Assembly (NCBI RefSeq): GCF_009914755.1
Contig: NC_060929.1
DNA: 64,000 nucleotides
Strand: one strand, 5' to 3'
Source of the DNA: the human T2T-CHM13v2.0 reference genome, Homo sapiens
Position 1 is the stretch's first letter. Every line of letters starts with the position of its first letter. The position numbers were made by a program, and so were the translations under genes. Below are positions 61,908 through 64,000 of the stretch, in pieces. The notes under the pieces were generated by a model, which saw nothing but the letters and a program-made list of their open reading frames with translations, was not told the DNA's origin and searched no databases.

Positions 61908-64000
61908 GAATTCCCAGTAACTTCCTTGTGTTGTGTACATTCAACTCACAGAGTTGAACGTTCCCTTAGACAGAGCAGATTTGAAACACTCTTTTTGTGC
62001 AATTGGCAAGTGGAGATTTCAAGCGCTTTGAGGTCAATGGCAGAAAAGGAAATATCTTCGTTTCAAAACTAGACAGAATCATTCCCACAAACTGCGTTGT
62101 GATGTGTTCGTTCAACTCACAGAGTTTAACCTTTCTTTTCATAGAGCAGTTAGGAAACAGTCTGTTTGAAAATTCTGTAAGTGGATATTCTGACATCTTG
62201 TGGCCTTCGTTGGAAACGGGATTTCTTCATATTCTGCTAGACAGAAGAATTCTCAGAATCTTCCTTGTGTTGTGTGTATTCAACTCACAGAGTTGAACGA
62301 TGGTTTACACAGAGCAGATTTGAAACACTCATTTGGTGGAATTTGCAAGTGGAGATTTCAGCCGCTTTGAGGTCAATGGTAGAAAAGGAAATATCTTCGT
62401 ATAACAACTAGACAGAATGATTCTCAGAAACTTCTTTGTGATGTGTGTGTTCAACTCACAGAGTTTAACCTTTCTTTTCATAGAGCAGTTAGGAAACACT
62501 GTGTTTTTAAACTCTGCAAGTGGATATTCAGACCTCTTTGAGGCCTTCGTTGGAAACGGGATTTCTTCATACTGTGCTAGACAGAAGAATTCTCAGTAAC
62601 TTCCTTGTGTTGTGTGTATTCAACTCACAGAGTTGAACGATCCTTTACACAGAGCAGACTTGAAACACTCTTTTTGTGGAATTTGCAAGTGGAGATTTCA
62701 GCCGCGTTGAGGTCAATGGTAGAAAAGGAAATATCTTCGTATAAAAACTAGACAGAATGATTCTCAGAAACTCCTTTGTGATGTGTGTGTTCAACTCACA
62801 GAGTTTAACATTTCTTTTCATAGAGCAGTTAGGAAACACTCTGTTTGTAAAGTCTGCAAGTGGATATTCAGACCTCTTTGAGGCCTTCGTTGGAAACGGG
62901 TTTTTTTCATATAAGGCTAGACAGAAGAATTCCCAGTAACTTCCTTGTGTTGTGTGTGTTCAACTCACAGAGTTGAACTTTCATTTACACAGAGCAGATT
63001 TGAAACACTCTTTTTGTGGAATTTGCAAATGGAGATTTCAAGCGCTTTGAGGCCAAAGGCAGAAAAGGAAATATCTTCGTATAAAAACTAGACAGAATCA
63101 TTCTCAGAAACTGCTCTGCGATGTGTGCGTTCAACTCTCAGAGTTTAACTTTTCTTTTCATTCAGCAGTTTGGAAACACTCTGTTTGTAACGTCTGCACG
63201 TGAATAATTTGACCACTTAGAGGCCTTCGTTGGAAACGGGTTTTTTTCATGTAAGGCTAGACAGAAGAATTCTCAGTAACTTCCTTGTGTTGTGTGTATT
63301 CAACTCACAGAGTTGAACGATCCTTTACACAGAGCAGACTTGTAACACTCTTTTTGTGGAATTTGCAAGTGGAGATTTCAGCCGCTTTGAAGTCAAAGGT
63401 AGAAAAGGGAATATCTTCCTATAAAAACTAGACAGAATGATTCTCAGAAACTCCTTTGTGATGTGTGCGTTCAACTCACAGAGTTTAACCTTTCTTTTCA
63501 TAGAGCAGTTAGGAAACACTCTGTTTCTAAAGTCTGCAAGTGGATATTCAGACCTCTTTGAGGCCTTCGTTGGAAACGGGTTTTTTTCATATAAGGCTAG
63601 AGAGAAGAATTCCCAGTAACTTCCTTGTGTTGTGTGTGTTCAACTCACAGAGTTGAACTTTCATTTACACAGAGCAGATTTGAAACACTCTTTTTGTGGA
63701 ATTTGCAAGTGGAGATTTCAAGCGCTGTGAGGCCAAAGGCAGAAAAGGAAATATCTTCGTATAAAAACTAGACAGAATCATTCTCAGAAACTGCTCTGCG
63801 ATGTGTGCGTTCAACTCTCAGAGTTTAACTTTTCTTTTCATTCAGCAGTTTGGAAACACTCTGTTTGTAAAGTCTGCACGTGGATAATTTGACCACTTAG
63901 AGGCCTTCGTTGGAAACGGGTTTTTTTCATGTAAGGCTAGACAGAAGAATTCTCAGTAACTTCCTTGTGTTGTGTGTATTCAACTCACAGAGTTGAACGA
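61908..64000 (+). repeat. HOR unit 21, partial, A'B' head
   Basis: Truncated by the window end after two C-D tetramers. Confidence 0.88.

Larger units (their letters stand above)
1..64000 (+). repeat. Alpha-satellite centromeric HOR array, dimeric SF1 (J1/J2) type, homogeneous and active-array-like
   Basis: ~340 bp periodicity throughout (EcoRI GAATTC at 81, 421, 760, 1100...). Monomers with a CENP-B box alternate with monomers carrying the A-box/pJalpha-type motif. Typical alphoid motifs (TTCAACTCACAGAGTT, GAAACACTCT, CTAGACAGAA). About 188 dimers, all in one orientation. Confidence 0.99.

Noticed and set aside
479-63619. Many recurring 60-99 aa ORFs on both strands
   Set aside because: They are chance open frames of the satellite. 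They overlap on opposite strands, are made and broken by single SNVs and indels, and show no recognisable domain or gene structure.
1-64000. CRISPR-like array (regular repeats with a palindromic motif)
   Set aside because: There are no unique spacers and no cas genes; the whole period is repeated.
1-64000. L1/Alu insertion, inversion or non-alphoid island
   Set aside because: The 340 bp phase and orientation continue without a break, and there is no poly-A tail, target-site duplication or foreign sequence.

Overview
The whole 64 kb window is an uninterrupted, single-orientation array of primate (very probably human) centromeric alpha-satellite. It is built from ~170 bp monomers in a ~340 bp A/B dimer, with a CENP-B box (CTTCGTTGGAAACGGG[A/T]) in every second monomer and an EcoRI site in nearly every dimer. 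This is the suprachromosomal family 1 (J1/J2) pattern; from recall it most resembles the D1Z7/D5Z2/D19Z3 active arrays, but the chromosome is not verified. There are no genes, RNA genes, CRISPR arrays, transposons or inversions, and all listed ORFs are repeat artefacts. The interesting content is the higher-order repeat (HOR) architecture. Four dimer types (my labels A, B, C, D) form units A-B-(C-D)n. The 20 complete units are 8 x 20-mer, 6 x 16-mer, 3 x 12-mer, 1 x 8-mer, plus a fused 28-mer and a 34-mer. The C-D tetramers carry position-specific variants, so the 20-mer behaves like a nested, emerging HOR. Private SNVs let one read crossover junctions, short conversion tracts, tandem duplications, a ~6-7 kb block repeated ~14 kb away, two interspersed A-B haplotypes and six broken CENP-B boxes. 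I found no new protein-coding or defence system. All variant tallies were made by eye and need alignment to confirm.
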